Origin: Bdellovibrionia bacterium
GTDB lineage: Bacteria > Bdellovibrionota > UBA1018
Assembly (NCBI GenBank): GCA_045805065.1
Contig: JBJMMA010000165.1
Coordinates: 1-27,435, forward strand
DNA length: 27,435 nt
Direction of reading: 5' to 3'
Shown: positions 16,716 to 25,985 of the stretch, piece by piece
How positions within the stretch are numbered: the first letter of the stretch is position 1
Layout: the number at the start of each line of letters is the position of its first letter
Notes under the pieces: model-generated
Databases searched by the model: none
Told to the model about the DNA's origin: nothing
Seen by the model: the letters and a program-made list of their open reading frames with translations, nothing else
Position numbers and translations under genes: made by a program

Positions 16716-17690
16716 CTAAACCTGCGCAGTCTTTGCGGCTCTTTTCTTCTTTGCAGCAAACACCATCCCTGCGGCATTGAGTTCGATATCCAACTTCAGC
16801 AGATCGGTAAACTTCTGATCGGGCATGCCACCCAGCTTCTGATACTGCTGGCTCAGGTAATTTCTGATTTGTTCAGCGCAAGCCTTTGTCAGCTCCGCAT
16901 CTCCGCGCTCCCCTTCAGGAGTATCCATGAGGCGGCGATAGAATGGCTCAAACTCGTTCAAATACGCGACCAGCTGCTGGGCAGCCCCCTGGAGATGACC
17001 GACTTCCCCGAAATGCGTGAGGTATGCTTTTTCCGCCCCACTCCCTGCGATCCGCTCAATGCTCTTTCGAGCCTCTTCCGGGTCAAAATCCGTCGGTGAG
17101 GTGGACGGAAAAATAAACAACCCATGTTTCTGTAGATCCGGGTAAGCAAGACCGAACGAATCGCCTGTGAACACGCTTTCGGGTCCATTTGAGCCTGACA
17201 CCAGAACACAGAAATGATGATTGGCGTGACCTCGAGTGTGAATAAAGCGCAGAGACTTTGAGCCAAAGCAAAGCTCCTCCCCGTCCCCCATGGAGCGAAC
17301 GCGAGTAGCATCAATCGGTCCGATCTCTCCATAGAGCCGGGAGAATTCGGCGTCGCCATAGACCTTTCTCGCGCTGGCAACCAGCTTGGATGGATCAATC
17401 ACGTGTGGCGCTGCACGCGGATGCGCCAGAAGTGTCGCATTCGGGCAGGCTTTCATCAGCGCCTGGCTACCGCCTGCGTGATCCAGGTGCACATGTGTGA
17501 TGATCAGGTAACGCACCTGCTCGGGAGCAAGCCCCTGCTGTCTTAACGCCTCTAGGAGCCTTGGGACGGAATGGGCGGTATTATTTTCCACAAAGAGGGC
17601 TTCGTCGCCTTCGACCATGAGAAAGGCCGCAGCAAAGCGTGGATACACGTAATCACAATCGATCGTAAAGATGTTCGCGCGGGTGTTCAT
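16716..17690 (-). CDS. MBL-fold metallo-hydrolase
   Basis: THVHLDHAGG, HTRGHANHH, FTGDSFG, LTHFG. Confidence 0.9.
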   Translation of the reverse strand: MNTRANIFTIDCDYVYPRFAAAFLMVEGDEALFVENNTAHSVPRLLEALRQQGLAPEQVRYLIITHVHLDHAGGSQALMKACPNATLLAHPRAAPHVIDPSKLVASARKVYGDAEFSRLYGEIGPIDATRVRSMGDGEELCFGSKSLRFIHTRGHANHHFCVLVSGSNGPESVFTGDSFGLAYPDLQKHGLFIFPSTSPTDFDPEEARKSIERIAGSGAEKAYLTHFGEVGHLQGAAQQLVAYLNEFEPFYRRLMDTPEGERGDAELTKACAEQIRNYLSQQYQKLGGMPDQKFTDLLKLDIELNAAGMVFAAKKKRAAKTAQV

Positions 17691-17722
17691 ACGTTTGATT
17701 TTGCCCTAATCCGGCCGCAGAC

Positions 17723-18115
17723 TCAGCTGGCTTCTTGCTGGTCGCTGTACGCTTCGCCACAATATTGACGAACCGTCTGCAAAAGGACATCGATATCCAC
17801 CGGCTTTTTAATGTGACCGGAAGCGGTAGTTCCTTGCGCGCGCTCGCCCGCGGCACTGACCACCACGACGGGAATAGTAGCCAGTTGCAGATCCTGTTCA
17901 CGAAGGTCTAAAAGCTCCCAGCCGTTCATGACAGGCATCATCAGATCCAGAAGGACAAGACACGGCCTCTGCGCCGAGTCCCGAAGGAGCTCAAGCGCTT
18001 TCCGACCATCGGACGCCGTGAACGCAGTGTAGCCCTCAAGTTCAATGATCTCCTTGAGCGTCTCACGAATTTCCGGATCGTCTTCCACTATCAATACCGA
18101 ACGGCACTGAGCCAC
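17723..18115 (-). CDS. Single-domain response regulator (receiver)
   Basis: VLIVEDD, LVLLDLMMPVMNG, VVVSA, KKP. GGGAG RBS before GTG 18115. Confidence 0.92.
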   Translation of the reverse strand: MAQCRSVLIVEDDPEIRETLKEIIELEGYTAFTASDGRKALELLRDSAQRPCLVLLDLMMPVMNGWELLDLREQDLQLATIPVVVVSAAGERAQGTTASGHIKKPVDIDVLLQTVRQYCGEAYSDQQEAS

Positions 18116-18144
18116 AGAAACTCCCTCATTAGGCACCCAATGTG

Positions 18145-18160
18145 TGCAAGGGTTTGGCCA
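18145..18160 (-). promoter_or_regulatory. Putative sigma54 promoter of the response regulator (short SD-containing leader)
   Basis: TGGCCA-AACCC-TTGCA, a near-consensus -24/-12 element about 30 nt before the GTG. Confidence 0.6.
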
Positions 18161-18196
18161 CTTCCTTGGCCTGTTTCTTTCATAGGGGAAGAACCC

Positions 18197-18793
18197 ATGA
18201 ACAAACCAAAGACGATCGTTTCCATTTTCCATGCTTTTCACATGGCATTAGCACTGGCTATCGGAGGCGCTGCCCTGGCTGCTGACGCACCTAAGATGCC
18301 GCCCACGGTGGGCGTTCTAGGGCATACGCTCCAGCTCAACGGGGCCGGTCTCAGGACCGCGACTGTCCTTCGCGTCAAAGTTTACGAAGCAGGACTCTAC
18401 CTGCCTCATCGCTCAAGCAATGCCGAGCAGATCCTGAACTCAAACGAACCCAAAGTGGTTCGCCTGACCTTTCTTCGAGACGTCTCCAGCAAGCAGGTTC
18501 AAGAAGCCTGGCGAGATGACTTCAAGAAGAACTGTGCACCGAACTGCGCGACACTTCAGCCCATCTTTGACCAGCTCGTTTCGAAAATGCCGGAAGCGAA
18601 GAATGGCGATGTCTTTGTTTATGTATTCACGCCTAAAGGAATCAACGTCATCCGCAACGGCAAGGAAGTCGATCGTGCGAACAACCCTCAATTGGCAAAG
18701 GCGATTCTCTCCTTTTGGTTAGGGAAAGAACCGCCTTCAACCGAACTCAAACAAGCCATGCTTGGCGTCATGCCAAACGAGGATATCAGCTGA
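18197..18793 (+). CDS. Periplasmic chalcone-isomerase-like protein (Chalcone_3 family)
   Basis: Signal peptide; LQLNGAGLR...VKVYEAGLYL, LTFLRDV, FWLGKEPPSTELKQAMLG. Confidence 0.85.
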   Translation: MNKPKTIVSIFHAFHMALALAIGGAALAADAPKMPPTVGVLGHTLQLNGAGLRTATVLRVKVYEAGLYLPHRSSNAEQILNSNEPKVVRLTFLRDVSSKQVQEAWRDDFKKNCAPNCATLQPIFDQLVSKMPEAKNGDVFVYVFTPKGINVIRNGKEVDRANNPQLAKAILSFWLGKEPPSTELKQAMLGVMPNEDIS

Positions 18794-18799
18794 ACCTTA

Positions 18800-20890
18800 T
18801 TAGAGAGAGCCCATGGTGGTGTTCGCTTTGAGCATCACCATGTCGGCGCCGATATTGACGCCCTCTTGAAGGTAAGGAGACTCGGTGTCCTTTGCCTTCT
18901 CTTTCCGGTTCTTCTTAATCTTCTTGTCGGCTTTGTTTTCAGCTTCAGCTTTCTTACGAAGCTCAGCAAGACGAGTCACGCCTTTATTGCGCTGAATCTC
19001 CTCGATCTCCTTGCGGGCTTCGGCGAACTTCGGATCCTTGTTCACGCGCTCGGCAGACTTCTCGGACAGCCTCTTGACGAGACTGTCATCAACCGGCGTC
19101 CAACGCATCGCAAGCTCCGGATCCGCAGCGAGCACCGTACCCGTGTGAGGCGTCGGTACGTTCGCGTCCGTCGCGACGAACTGAGTGATGCTTTGTGGTG
19201 CGAGCGAATAGTCCATCTTCACTTCGCCGATATCCTCGCTGTTGAGCAACGAAGGCAAGCGAACGTCAGATGGTACCCCCAGATGCTGAGTGCTCTTTCC
19301 GCCTGGCAGGAAGAACATTCCGATCGTGACTTTCATGCCTCCAAGATCCATCGGAAGGCGTGCCAGTTTCTGAACTGTTCCTTTTCCAAAGGTATGGTCG
19401 CCTCCGACAATCACCGCGCGGTGATAATCATGGAGAGCTCCCGCGACAATCTCGGACGCCGAAGCGGATAGACGACTCGTCAGAACGACCAGCGGTCCGC
19501 TCCATACGACATCCTCATCATCATCAGCGAGAATCTCAACATGGCCTTCGTAATCCTTGGTACCGACCACTCCGCCCTTGCGGATAAAGAGGCCTACGAT
19601 CTTGACGGCATCCTCAAGCAGGCCACCGCCGTTGCGAGAGAGATTCAAGACGATGCTTTCCACTTTCTCCTTCTTGGCTTCCAGAAGAAGACGTCTGACG
19701 TCTTCATACGAGGAGTGTGCTCCCTCACCGCCACCACCATAAAACGATGGGAGATCAATCACGCCCACTTTTACCTTGCGATCGCCGACCTTGCGCGTCT
19801 CGTAAGTGATGCTTGCGAGCTGATCCTTGATATCGATCTTGTCGCGAACAATGGTCACGTCAAAGGATTCGGTCTTCTTGGCTTGGCGAAGAATCGTCAG
19901 AGTCACCTTCGTTCCCTTAGGGCCACGAATCATGGCAACGACGTCGCGCAGATCCATGTCAATCACGGACACGGCCTTCTTGCCTTCCTGCTTCACAGCA
20001 ATGATCTTATCCTTGGGCTGAAGCAGCTTGGAGCGTGCAGCTCCGCCGCCAGGAATCGTGTCTTCAACAACGGTGAAACCATCTTCGTAGCTCAAAGAAG
20101 CTCCGATGCCCTCAAGAGAGGCATCCATGGAGATCTGGAAATCAGCCAGGGTCTTTGGCGCCATGTAGGTCGAGTGAGGATCCAAGGCAAGAGCGAAAGC
20201 TTCAGCGTAGCTTGAGATCATGTTCGTTGCGCGATCTTCGCGAGCGCGCTTGGTCATCAGCTCATAGCGATGCGCAAGCTGCTTCTTGGCGTCGGGAAGC
20301 TTCATGTCCGTCAAAAGATAATTGGAAATCTGGAAGTGAACGTACTTCTTGAGAAGCTCCTGCTTCTCAGCCACGGTTTTTGCGTAACCCCGCTTGTCAG
20401 GATCGAGAACCAGCTCAGTGCGCTCATCCAGCTTGTAATCCGCTCCCAGGAAGTTCTTCACGAAGTCTGCGCTCTCCTGGCTTCTTTGCACCAGAAGCTG
20501 CGCGGCAGAATCCAGCTGCGTGCAATCCCCTGCTCTCATCGTGTCAAAAAGTGCAGGAAGCTCTTTTCTCAACTTCGCGACATCTTCTTCCAAGAGCACG
20601 GTCTTCGAAGGATCCAACGCCTTGATGAATTGCTCAATCGTGTGAGCCTTCACCGTATCGTTCATTGATTTAACCGAATAGTGAATCTTAAAGAATGCCT
20701 CAAAAAGCTGAGGCAGCTGGCGACACTGAAGCCCTGGCGAGCTCTCTGCAGCCATCGCTTGAGAGACAAGCGAAGTCGAGGCCACTGGGCTCACGAGCGT
20801 GTTCAATGCGAGCCCTGCGGCGACAAGCGATGCCGTGGACGAGATTACACTATGGGAGATGAATCGATTATTTTTAGATGGGTTGCGCAT
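18800..20890 (-). CDS. prc: Carboxy-terminal processing protease, S41 family (Prc/Tsp-like) with PDZ domain
   Basis: LDPHSTYM, LEGIGASL (PDZ), IRGPKGTKVTL, RNGGGLL, SASASEIVAGAL (catalytic Ser), TFGKGTVQ (catalytic Lys). Start uncertain (20890 or 20971). Confidence 0.88.
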   Translation of the reverse strand: MRNPSKNNRFISHSVISSTASLVAAGLALNTLVSPVASTSLVSQAMAAESSPGLQCRQLPQLFEAFFKIHYSVKSMNDTVKAHTIEQFIKALDPSKTVLLEEDVAKLRKELPALFDTMRAGDCTQLDSAAQLLVQRSQESADFVKNFLGADYKLDERTELVLDPDKRGYAKTVAEKQELLKKYVHFQISNYLLTDMKLPDAKKQLAHRYELMTKRAREDRATNMISSYAEAFALALDPHSTYMAPKTLADFQISMDASLEGIGASLSYEDGFTVVEDTIPGGGAARSKLLQPKDKIIAVKQEGKKAVSVIDMDLRDVVAMIRGPKGTKVTLTILRQAKKTESFDVTIVRDKIDIKDQLASITYETRKVGDRKVKVGVIDLPSFYGGGGEGAHSSYEDVRRLLLEAKKEKVESIVLNLSRNGGGLLEDAVKIVGLFIRKGGVVGTKDYEGHVEILADDDEDVVWSGPLVVLTSRLSASASEIVAGALHDYHRAVIVGGDHTFGKGTVQKLARLPMDLGGMKVTIGMFFLPGGKSTQHLGVPSDVRLPSLLNSEDIGEVKMDYSLAPQSITQFVATDANVPTPHTGTVLAADPELAMRWTPVDDSLVKRLSEKSAERVNKDPKFAEARKEIEEIQRNKGVTRLAELRKKAEAENKADKKIKKNRKEKAKDTESPYLQEGVNIGADMVMLKANTTMGSL

Positions 20891-21098
20891 AAGTTCCAAG
20901 TTAACCCATCTTCGCTCTTCAACACAACCTCTTATGCACGCGCTTGCGTCAGTAATTTCTATCCTTAGCATTTCATAAATTAACCCGGCAAATTATGCCG
21001 TTCGAGTAGACTTCTTCGCAGCGCAGAAAGAAAAAAGTACCGCTTTTGCATGAGCCCCCCGTTAGTACTTTGACTCAAAACGAAATGAAATTTTCCTC

Positions 21099-21773
21099 AT
21101 GCGATATTTAGCACTTGCAACCGATTACGACGAAACCTTAGCACGCCACGGACACCTCGCCGACTCCACTGTTCAAGCCTTGGAGAGATTTCGGGCAAGC
21201 GGTCGAAAGACGATTCTAGTGACGGGAAGAGAAATCCCGGACCTTAGAGCCGTTTGCCATCGCCTTGATCTTTTTGATCTGATCATCGGGGAAAACGGCG
21301 CTGTCCTTGTCGATCCTAAAAAGGACTTATCCCGAGTGGAGCCTCTGGCCGACACCCCGCCTCCCCAATTCGCCCGAGAGCTGAGCAATCTTGGTGTGTC
21401 CCCGCTCTCATGCGGATCAGTGATCGTGGCAACACTATCGGATCAATACGAATCCGTGCGTTCAACGATCGAGCGACTGGGACTCAATCTCCAGATCATA
21501 CTCAATAAAGGATCCTTAATGGTTCTCCCAACGGGAGTCAATAAAGCCTCAGGCCTGCGTCGTGCTCTTGAGGTCCTGAACATCCCTGCTGCGAAAGCAT
21601 GGGCCATTGGCGACGCGGAAAACGACATCGACTTTCTCATGAGCGCAGGCTGCCCAGCGGCCGTTGCGAACGCGTTGCCCAGCGTGAAAGAGAAAGCGAT
21701 CTTCACCGCAACACGCGAAGCGGGACAGGGCGTCGAAGAGTTGATCTCGAAAATTCTCTCCGAAGACGCCTGA
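21099..21773 (+). CDS. HAD-superfamily hydrolase, subfamily IIB (Cof-like)
   Basis: ATDYDETL, VTGR, ENGA, GVNKASGL, IGDAENDIDFL, VANA. Confidence 0.9.
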   Translation: MRYLALATDYDETLARHGHLADSTVQALERFRASGRKTILVTGREIPDLRAVCHRLDLFDLIIGENGAVLVDPKKDLSRVEPLADTPPPQFARELSNLGVSPLSCGSVIVATLSDQYESVRSTIERLGLNLQIILNKGSLMVLPTGVNKASGLRRALEVLNIPAAKAWAIGDAENDIDFLMSAGCPAAVANALPSVKEKAIFTATREAGQGVEELISKILSEDA

Positions 21774-22018
21774 TGTCATGCATCTGCATTTTCTCTCAGG
21801 TCTTCTATATTCGTTATTAAATCAAGCGACGTCTCTTTTTTAAATACGCTCGCTCAAAAAGCAAAATTTCGGGTTGCATAACGCACGCAACTCCCTGTAC
21901 CAACGGTGCACGCCCCGATGACACGGATGTCGATCGCGGAGCTCCAGAGACGACACTGAGGTTGTCCCTGGGAAGTGACTGACAATCAGCACCATGAAAA
22001 TCACACAGGGAGGTCTTA

Positions 22019-22654
22019 GTGATTCGTAACATTTTTTTGACTCTAGCAGCCACGACTTTTGCCGCAGCAACCGCGACAACCATGATGCCACACTCCGCAA
22101 AAGCGGATTCCAACAGTGACACCATCACGATGGCAGTCAGAGTCGTAGGACTCCAGAACAGCGCTGGCAAGACCACGCTCACTCAGGATTCCGCAACCAA
22201 GCTTTTGAGCGACGTCAGCCAGAGTTACGCCAAAGCAGGCTGTAATATTCAATTCAAGCTGGAATCGTTCACTGCCGTGAACCCAAAGGACAAGGGCCTC
22301 GAGTACAACACCAGCACCATGGCAGAGCTCGATAAGTATCGCGCCGCTTTTGACGATGGCAAATCCATGCTCATCGTGGACACCGGTGCCTGGGACTCCA
22401 GCATGCATCCAGCAAACGCTTGGACTGCAATGCCAGGCGAAACCAAGATGGGAGCAGTCTTTGAATCTTCCGTCGCAGACTTCTACCAGATCGTCGGACA
22501 TGAACTTGGCCACTATCTCGGCCTGGATCACGTGGACGATTCTTCGAACATGATGAACCCTGTGATCGACGACTACTCAGTCAAGATCACGCCGGATCAA
22601 TGCAACGGCATGCGCCAGGTCGCGCAAACCGCTCTTGCAGCGTCCCGCCGTTAA
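22019..22654 (+). CDS. Secreted matrixin-like zinc metalloprotease, paralog of 9297-10058
   Basis: Signal peptide ending AKA; NAWTAMPG; HELGHYLGLDH; Met-turn NMM; TPDQC; GGGAGG RBS before GTG. Confidence 0.85.
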   Translation: MIRNIFLTLAATTFAAATATTMMPHSAKADSNSDTITMAVRVVGLQNSAGKTTLTQDSATKLLSDVSQSYAKAGCNIQFKLESFTAVNPKDKGLEYNTSTMAELDKYRAAFDDGKSMLIVDTGAWDSSMHPANAWTAMPGETKMGAVFESSVADFYQIVGHELGHYLGLDHVDDSSNMMNPVIDDYSVKITPDQCNGMRQVAQTALAASRR

Positions 22655-23565
22655 GGCTGTACTGAGCGTCGAATCTGCTGTGCATCCGAAACCGCCCATT
22701 GCTTGGATTTCGATACATAGCGACGCTCGACGATCTTGAACAGATTGTCATCCGCCTTGAGCATCGTGAAATAGTTGGCCGGGTCTTGCGTACCCATTGG
22801 ACCCAGTCCATTTCGGTTCGCATCGCCCTGGCCAGCTAAAGATGCCGGATCGCGACGAAACTCGGTTGACGTCGATCCGCTCCCATTCGCGCCATTTCCG
22901 TTTGAATCGCCAAAAAGTCCGCTGAAAGGATTGATTCCACCGCCTGCGGATTTTCCTGCTCCACCGCCGCCTGCGCCGTAAATCGCAAGACCATCGGATG
23001 AGTTCGTGCGACCCAGAGCGTCCGCAGCCGACATGCTGCCGTCGCCATTCGGACCGGACTTGCTCGGATCAACAAGAGCAGAGGTTCGAGTATCTCCCAG
23101 GCTTGCGATGTTTCCACCCATCGAGCCTGCACCTGCTCCAGAACCTCCAGAGCCGCTGCCACCCGCCGAGCGAGTCGTTCCGCCAAAACTGACGGAGCCA
23201 CCCGCATCCGATGAGCCCGTGCCGCCTGGATTGACTTTGGATCCTCCGAGACCCGCGCCGCCTCTTCCCGGATCTGCCGTAGCGGCAAACTGACTCGAGT
23301 TGAGCACAGGGGTCGCCGTATCTGACTCCCCGTTTTTAATCGCGGTTGTCGCGGTATCCAGTGTGTGCTGTCCAAGTCCGAGACCACCCAAGGCATTGTC
23401 AGTCGCATTCCCCAGGTTGGTACTTGGAGTGCCCATCGTGCTTGCCGTCGGATTGAAATCCGGCCCATACCCGGCATTGCCTGAGTCATTACACGAGAAA
23501 CTCACCATACTGAGCATGACGACTGCCCCAAAAGCGGCAGAGCGAGAAAAGAGTGAGGATTTCAT
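22651..23565 (-). CDS. Gly/Ser-rich putative lipoprotein with compact C-terminal motif
   Basis: Signal peptide ending SFSC, long Gly-rich region, RRDPAS and DDNLFKIVERRY. GGAGG RBS and ATGA overlap with the upstream gene. Confidence 0.75.
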   Translation of the reverse strand: MKSSLFSRSAAFGAVVMLSMVSFSCNDSGNAGYGPDFNPTASTMGTPSTNLGNATDNALGGLGLGQHTLDTATTAIKNGESDTATPVLNSSQFAATADPGRGGAGLGGSKVNPGGTGSSDAGGSVSFGGTTRSAGGSGSGGSGAGAGSMGGNIASLGDTRTSALVDPSKSGPNGDGSMSAADALGRTNSSDGLAIYGAGGGGAGKSAGGGINPFSGLFGDSNGNGANGSGSTSTEFRRDPASLAGQGDANRNGLGPMGTQDPANYFTMLKADDNLFKIVERRYVSKSKQWAVSDAQQIRRSVQP

Positions 23566-24923
23566 TGGCACACCTCCGTACTCCAGACACTGTTGCTTCG
23601 ACTTTCAAAGAACTGCTGAAAAAGCGGTTTGTAGCAGCGAGTGAGATAAGCGCTTGAAGCCGAATTACAATCTGCGCTCTTGCCTCGGCACTGCGAGGAT
23701 CCCTGATTTTGCTGAAGGTAGCTTTTGAAGTCCGCGAAGAAAGCGTGGCCCGCTGTTCCCGCATCAAAGCGCTCAAAGGATCTGCGAGCGCGGTCGATGA
23801 CCTCAAGCGCAGCCATGTGAGCGAGATGCTGCTCAAGCACCAGGCGATGCGTGTATTCCATGCATGCGCTTTGCTTCGCAGGCGTGGCCCCTTCAAGGTC
23901 AGCAGCCGTGCACTTATCGACCTGCGCGATGTTCTTGTGCGCCAGAAGACTCTCACGCGCTTTCTTGATCAGATCGATTTGCGTGGCGTACTTCTCTGCG
24001 GGATTCAGTCCAGCTGCGCCCGTCAGTCTGAGCTTGCCCTGAGCGAGCTCGTTTTTGACCTGGTTCCAGTGGCAATCCAGCGCGCGAATGGTATTTCCCT
24101 GGTAGAAGGATTGCTCCATCGTACCCATGGTGTTAGCGGAGATCATGCATTGACTGCCGCTGATGCGCTGACCGACAGAGATCCATTGCCCACAGGCCTT
24201 CTGAAGGTGATTCGTGCTTTGCTCAGGGCCAAGATTCGCGATGCCCGTGAGGCCTTGAAAATAATTGCAGGTTTGAACGGTGTTCTTGGGCTGACAGGTC
24301 GTTGGATCCGTGACCGTACCACTGTCGGCCAGATCGCATCCATGGTAGATGCCGTCGATCGTTTTTTTCAGGAAGCCCTCAGTCCACTCCGTGACGTCAT
24401 GAATGACGACTGAGCATTCTCGCAAACCATTTTCTTCCGCACCCTTTTGCCGGCAAGGAAGATCAAGAGTGTAAGCACCTGAAAGCGCTGCGGGAGAACT
24501 GGCGAGCTTCGATTCCGCTTGAGTGTAGGGTCCATCAAAGCTCTTCAAGGAAGCCAGAAGACTTTGCCCCAGATCGATCATGGATTGAGCTTGTTGACGT
24601 GCAGGGCAGCTGGGCAGAACGCCTGATCTGTCCAGGAGACTTTGAGCTCCCGAGAGCCAGGACTGAAACTCAGCCACTCTTTTTTGCGAGGCATCTCGCG
24701 CCTGCTGTTCCGTCAGGCTGGTGGAGCCTCCAGCCACAACGATGGGCTGATTCAATGAGAAATATCCATAAGCCTGCGCCTGGCTCATGAGAGCGTTATA
24801 GCGCTGGCCCAAATCCGCGCAGCGATTCTCAGCAGCCGAAGACGCCAGGGCTGATGACGAAAGCCCCCCAGCAAAGACTGCATGCATCAAGACAAATGCG
24901 AAAAGCGATTTCCCCCGAAACAT
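23562..24923 (-). CDS. Secreted Cys-rich hypothetical protein
   Basis: Signal peptide ending ALA, many dispersed Cys; GGGGA RBS before ATG 24923. Confidence 0.75.
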   Translation of the reverse strand: MFRGKSLFAFVLMHAVFAGGLSSSALASSAAENRCADLGQRYNALMSQAQAYGYFSLNQPIVVAGGSTSLTEQQARDASQKRVAEFQSWLSGAQSLLDRSGVLPSCPARQQAQSMIDLGQSLLASLKSFDGPYTQAESKLASSPAALSGAYTLDLPCRQKGAEENGLRECSVVIHDVTEWTEGFLKKTIDGIYHGCDLADSGTVTDPTTCQPKNTVQTCNYFQGLTGIANLGPEQSTNHLQKACGQWISVGQRISGSQCMISANTMGTMEQSFYQGNTIRALDCHWNQVKNELAQGKLRLTGAAGLNPAEKYATQIDLIKKARESLLAHKNIAQVDKCTAADLEGATPAKQSACMEYTHRLVLEQHLAHMAALEVIDRARRSFERFDAGTAGHAFFADFKSYLQQNQGSSQCRGKSADCNSASSAYLTRCYKPLFQQFFESRSNSVWSTEVCQ

Positions 24924-24969
24924 AATATTCCCCCGGTCCCAAAAAAGATTTTGACACAAGCATCATCCG

Positions 24970-24990
24970 CTGACAAACTAATTTTGTCAG
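24970..24990. promoter_or_regulatory. Operator-like palindrome between divergent secreted-protein genes
   Basis: CTGACAAA-N5-TTTGTCAG, a perfect 8-bp inverted repeat. Confidence 0.5.
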
Positions 24991-25053
24991 GTACTATAAA
25001 GTGCAATAAAATGCGCTACAGGGCTGTGTCCAGGCAGACCCAGGGGGATTTAC

Positions 25054-25587
25054 GTGTTGATCAAGTCTTCGCTGATATTTTCATCGCTCTTGCTGGCCTC
25101 AACATGCCATGCCGATGAGCTCGACAATATTCAGCGCTCTCGTGAGACTGCCGAAATGAAATACGTCAACGAGCTTGGAACGGGAAAATACAAGACCGCG
25201 GCTGAGCGCGACGCTCTCAAGAAACAATATCTTGAGCCCTACGAGCAGAAGACGAAGGAGTACTTCAAATCCATATCCGTCATGCCCACGGCTCGTCCAG
25301 TGAAGCCCGAGGAAATTGATTTAAGGAACGGACCAAAAACCGATCTCTCACTTGTTCCGCCTACTGCTCAGGCGTCATCTCAAAATTCAGGTCAAGTCAC
25401 GGGACATACGGTCTCGTCGGGCTCCACCACTCCACCGCCAGACAAGTCATCATTGCGGCCAGAGTTTGTGCTCGATGGATCCAATGTTCCCAAAGAGATT
25501 GTTTTTGGAGCGCCTTCTTTTGATGAGGCTAAGCCTCAGGCTTCTCCGTCTCCATCTTCTGCAGTAAAAAAAGCGAAGGGCCGTTAG
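25054..25587 (+). CDS. Secreted hypothetical protein
   Basis: Signal peptide ending CHA, helical N-terminal half, Pro/Ser-rich C-terminal half; AGGGGGA RBS. Confidence 0.7.
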   Translation: MLIKSSLIFSSLLLASTCHADELDNIQRSRETAEMKYVNELGTGKYKTAAERDALKKQYLEPYEQKTKEYFKSISVMPTARPVKPEEIDLRNGPKTDLSLVPPTAQASSQNSGQVTGHTVSSGSTTPPPDKSSLRPEFVLDGSNVPKEIVFGAPSFDEAKPQASPSPSSAVKKAKGR

Positions 25588-25588
25588 C

Positions 25589-25972
25589 CTAACCGCGACT
25601 CCATCCTGAGCGCTTGGGTTTTGGACGATCGCCGACAGCGGAGACATAAATTCTTCCGCCGGAGATACCGCGGCCAGAGGGCTGCTTTTTCTTCCGGTAC
25701 TTGGGCTGATCCAGTTGCGCGATGGCAGGATCACCGACACGCGGAGGACCACTTGCCCGACGCGTTCTCTGCAAGCGATCAGGTGGCTCGGCCGAAGTGA
25801 AATTTCGCCGCCTTGCAAGGCTCTCTTTTTGATGAGCCTCAAAAACTCTTTGGTTTCTCGGGGAATCCAGTTTTTGATCGCTTCGATAGGAATAGGTCGT
25901 ACGATTACGCGTTTTTGACTTTCCACCTTGCTTGCTGCTAGCCGTTGCAGCTCGATTAGCTTTAGTTGCCAT
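25589..25972 (-). CDS. Basic, disordered hypothetical protein (127 aa)
   Basis: MATKANR...; about 32 R/K versus 9 acidic residues; sigma54-like element 14 nt upstream of ATG 25972. Confidence 0.65.
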   Translation of the reverse strand: MATKANRAATASSKQGGKSKTRNRTTYSYRSDQKLDSPRNQRVFEAHQKESLARRRNFTSAEPPDRLQRTRRASGPPRVGDPAIAQLDQPKYRKKKQPSGRGISGGRIYVSAVGDRPKPKRSGWSRG

Positions 25973-25985
25973 GAGCTCAGCTAGT

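Noticed and set aside
17702..17717. GG-N10-GC 12 nt before the MBL start; similar weak hits before ompA, the HTH gene and protease 2
   Set aside because: The -12 boxes lack the pyrimidine pair before GC or the spacing is off, so they were not counted in the sigma54 set.
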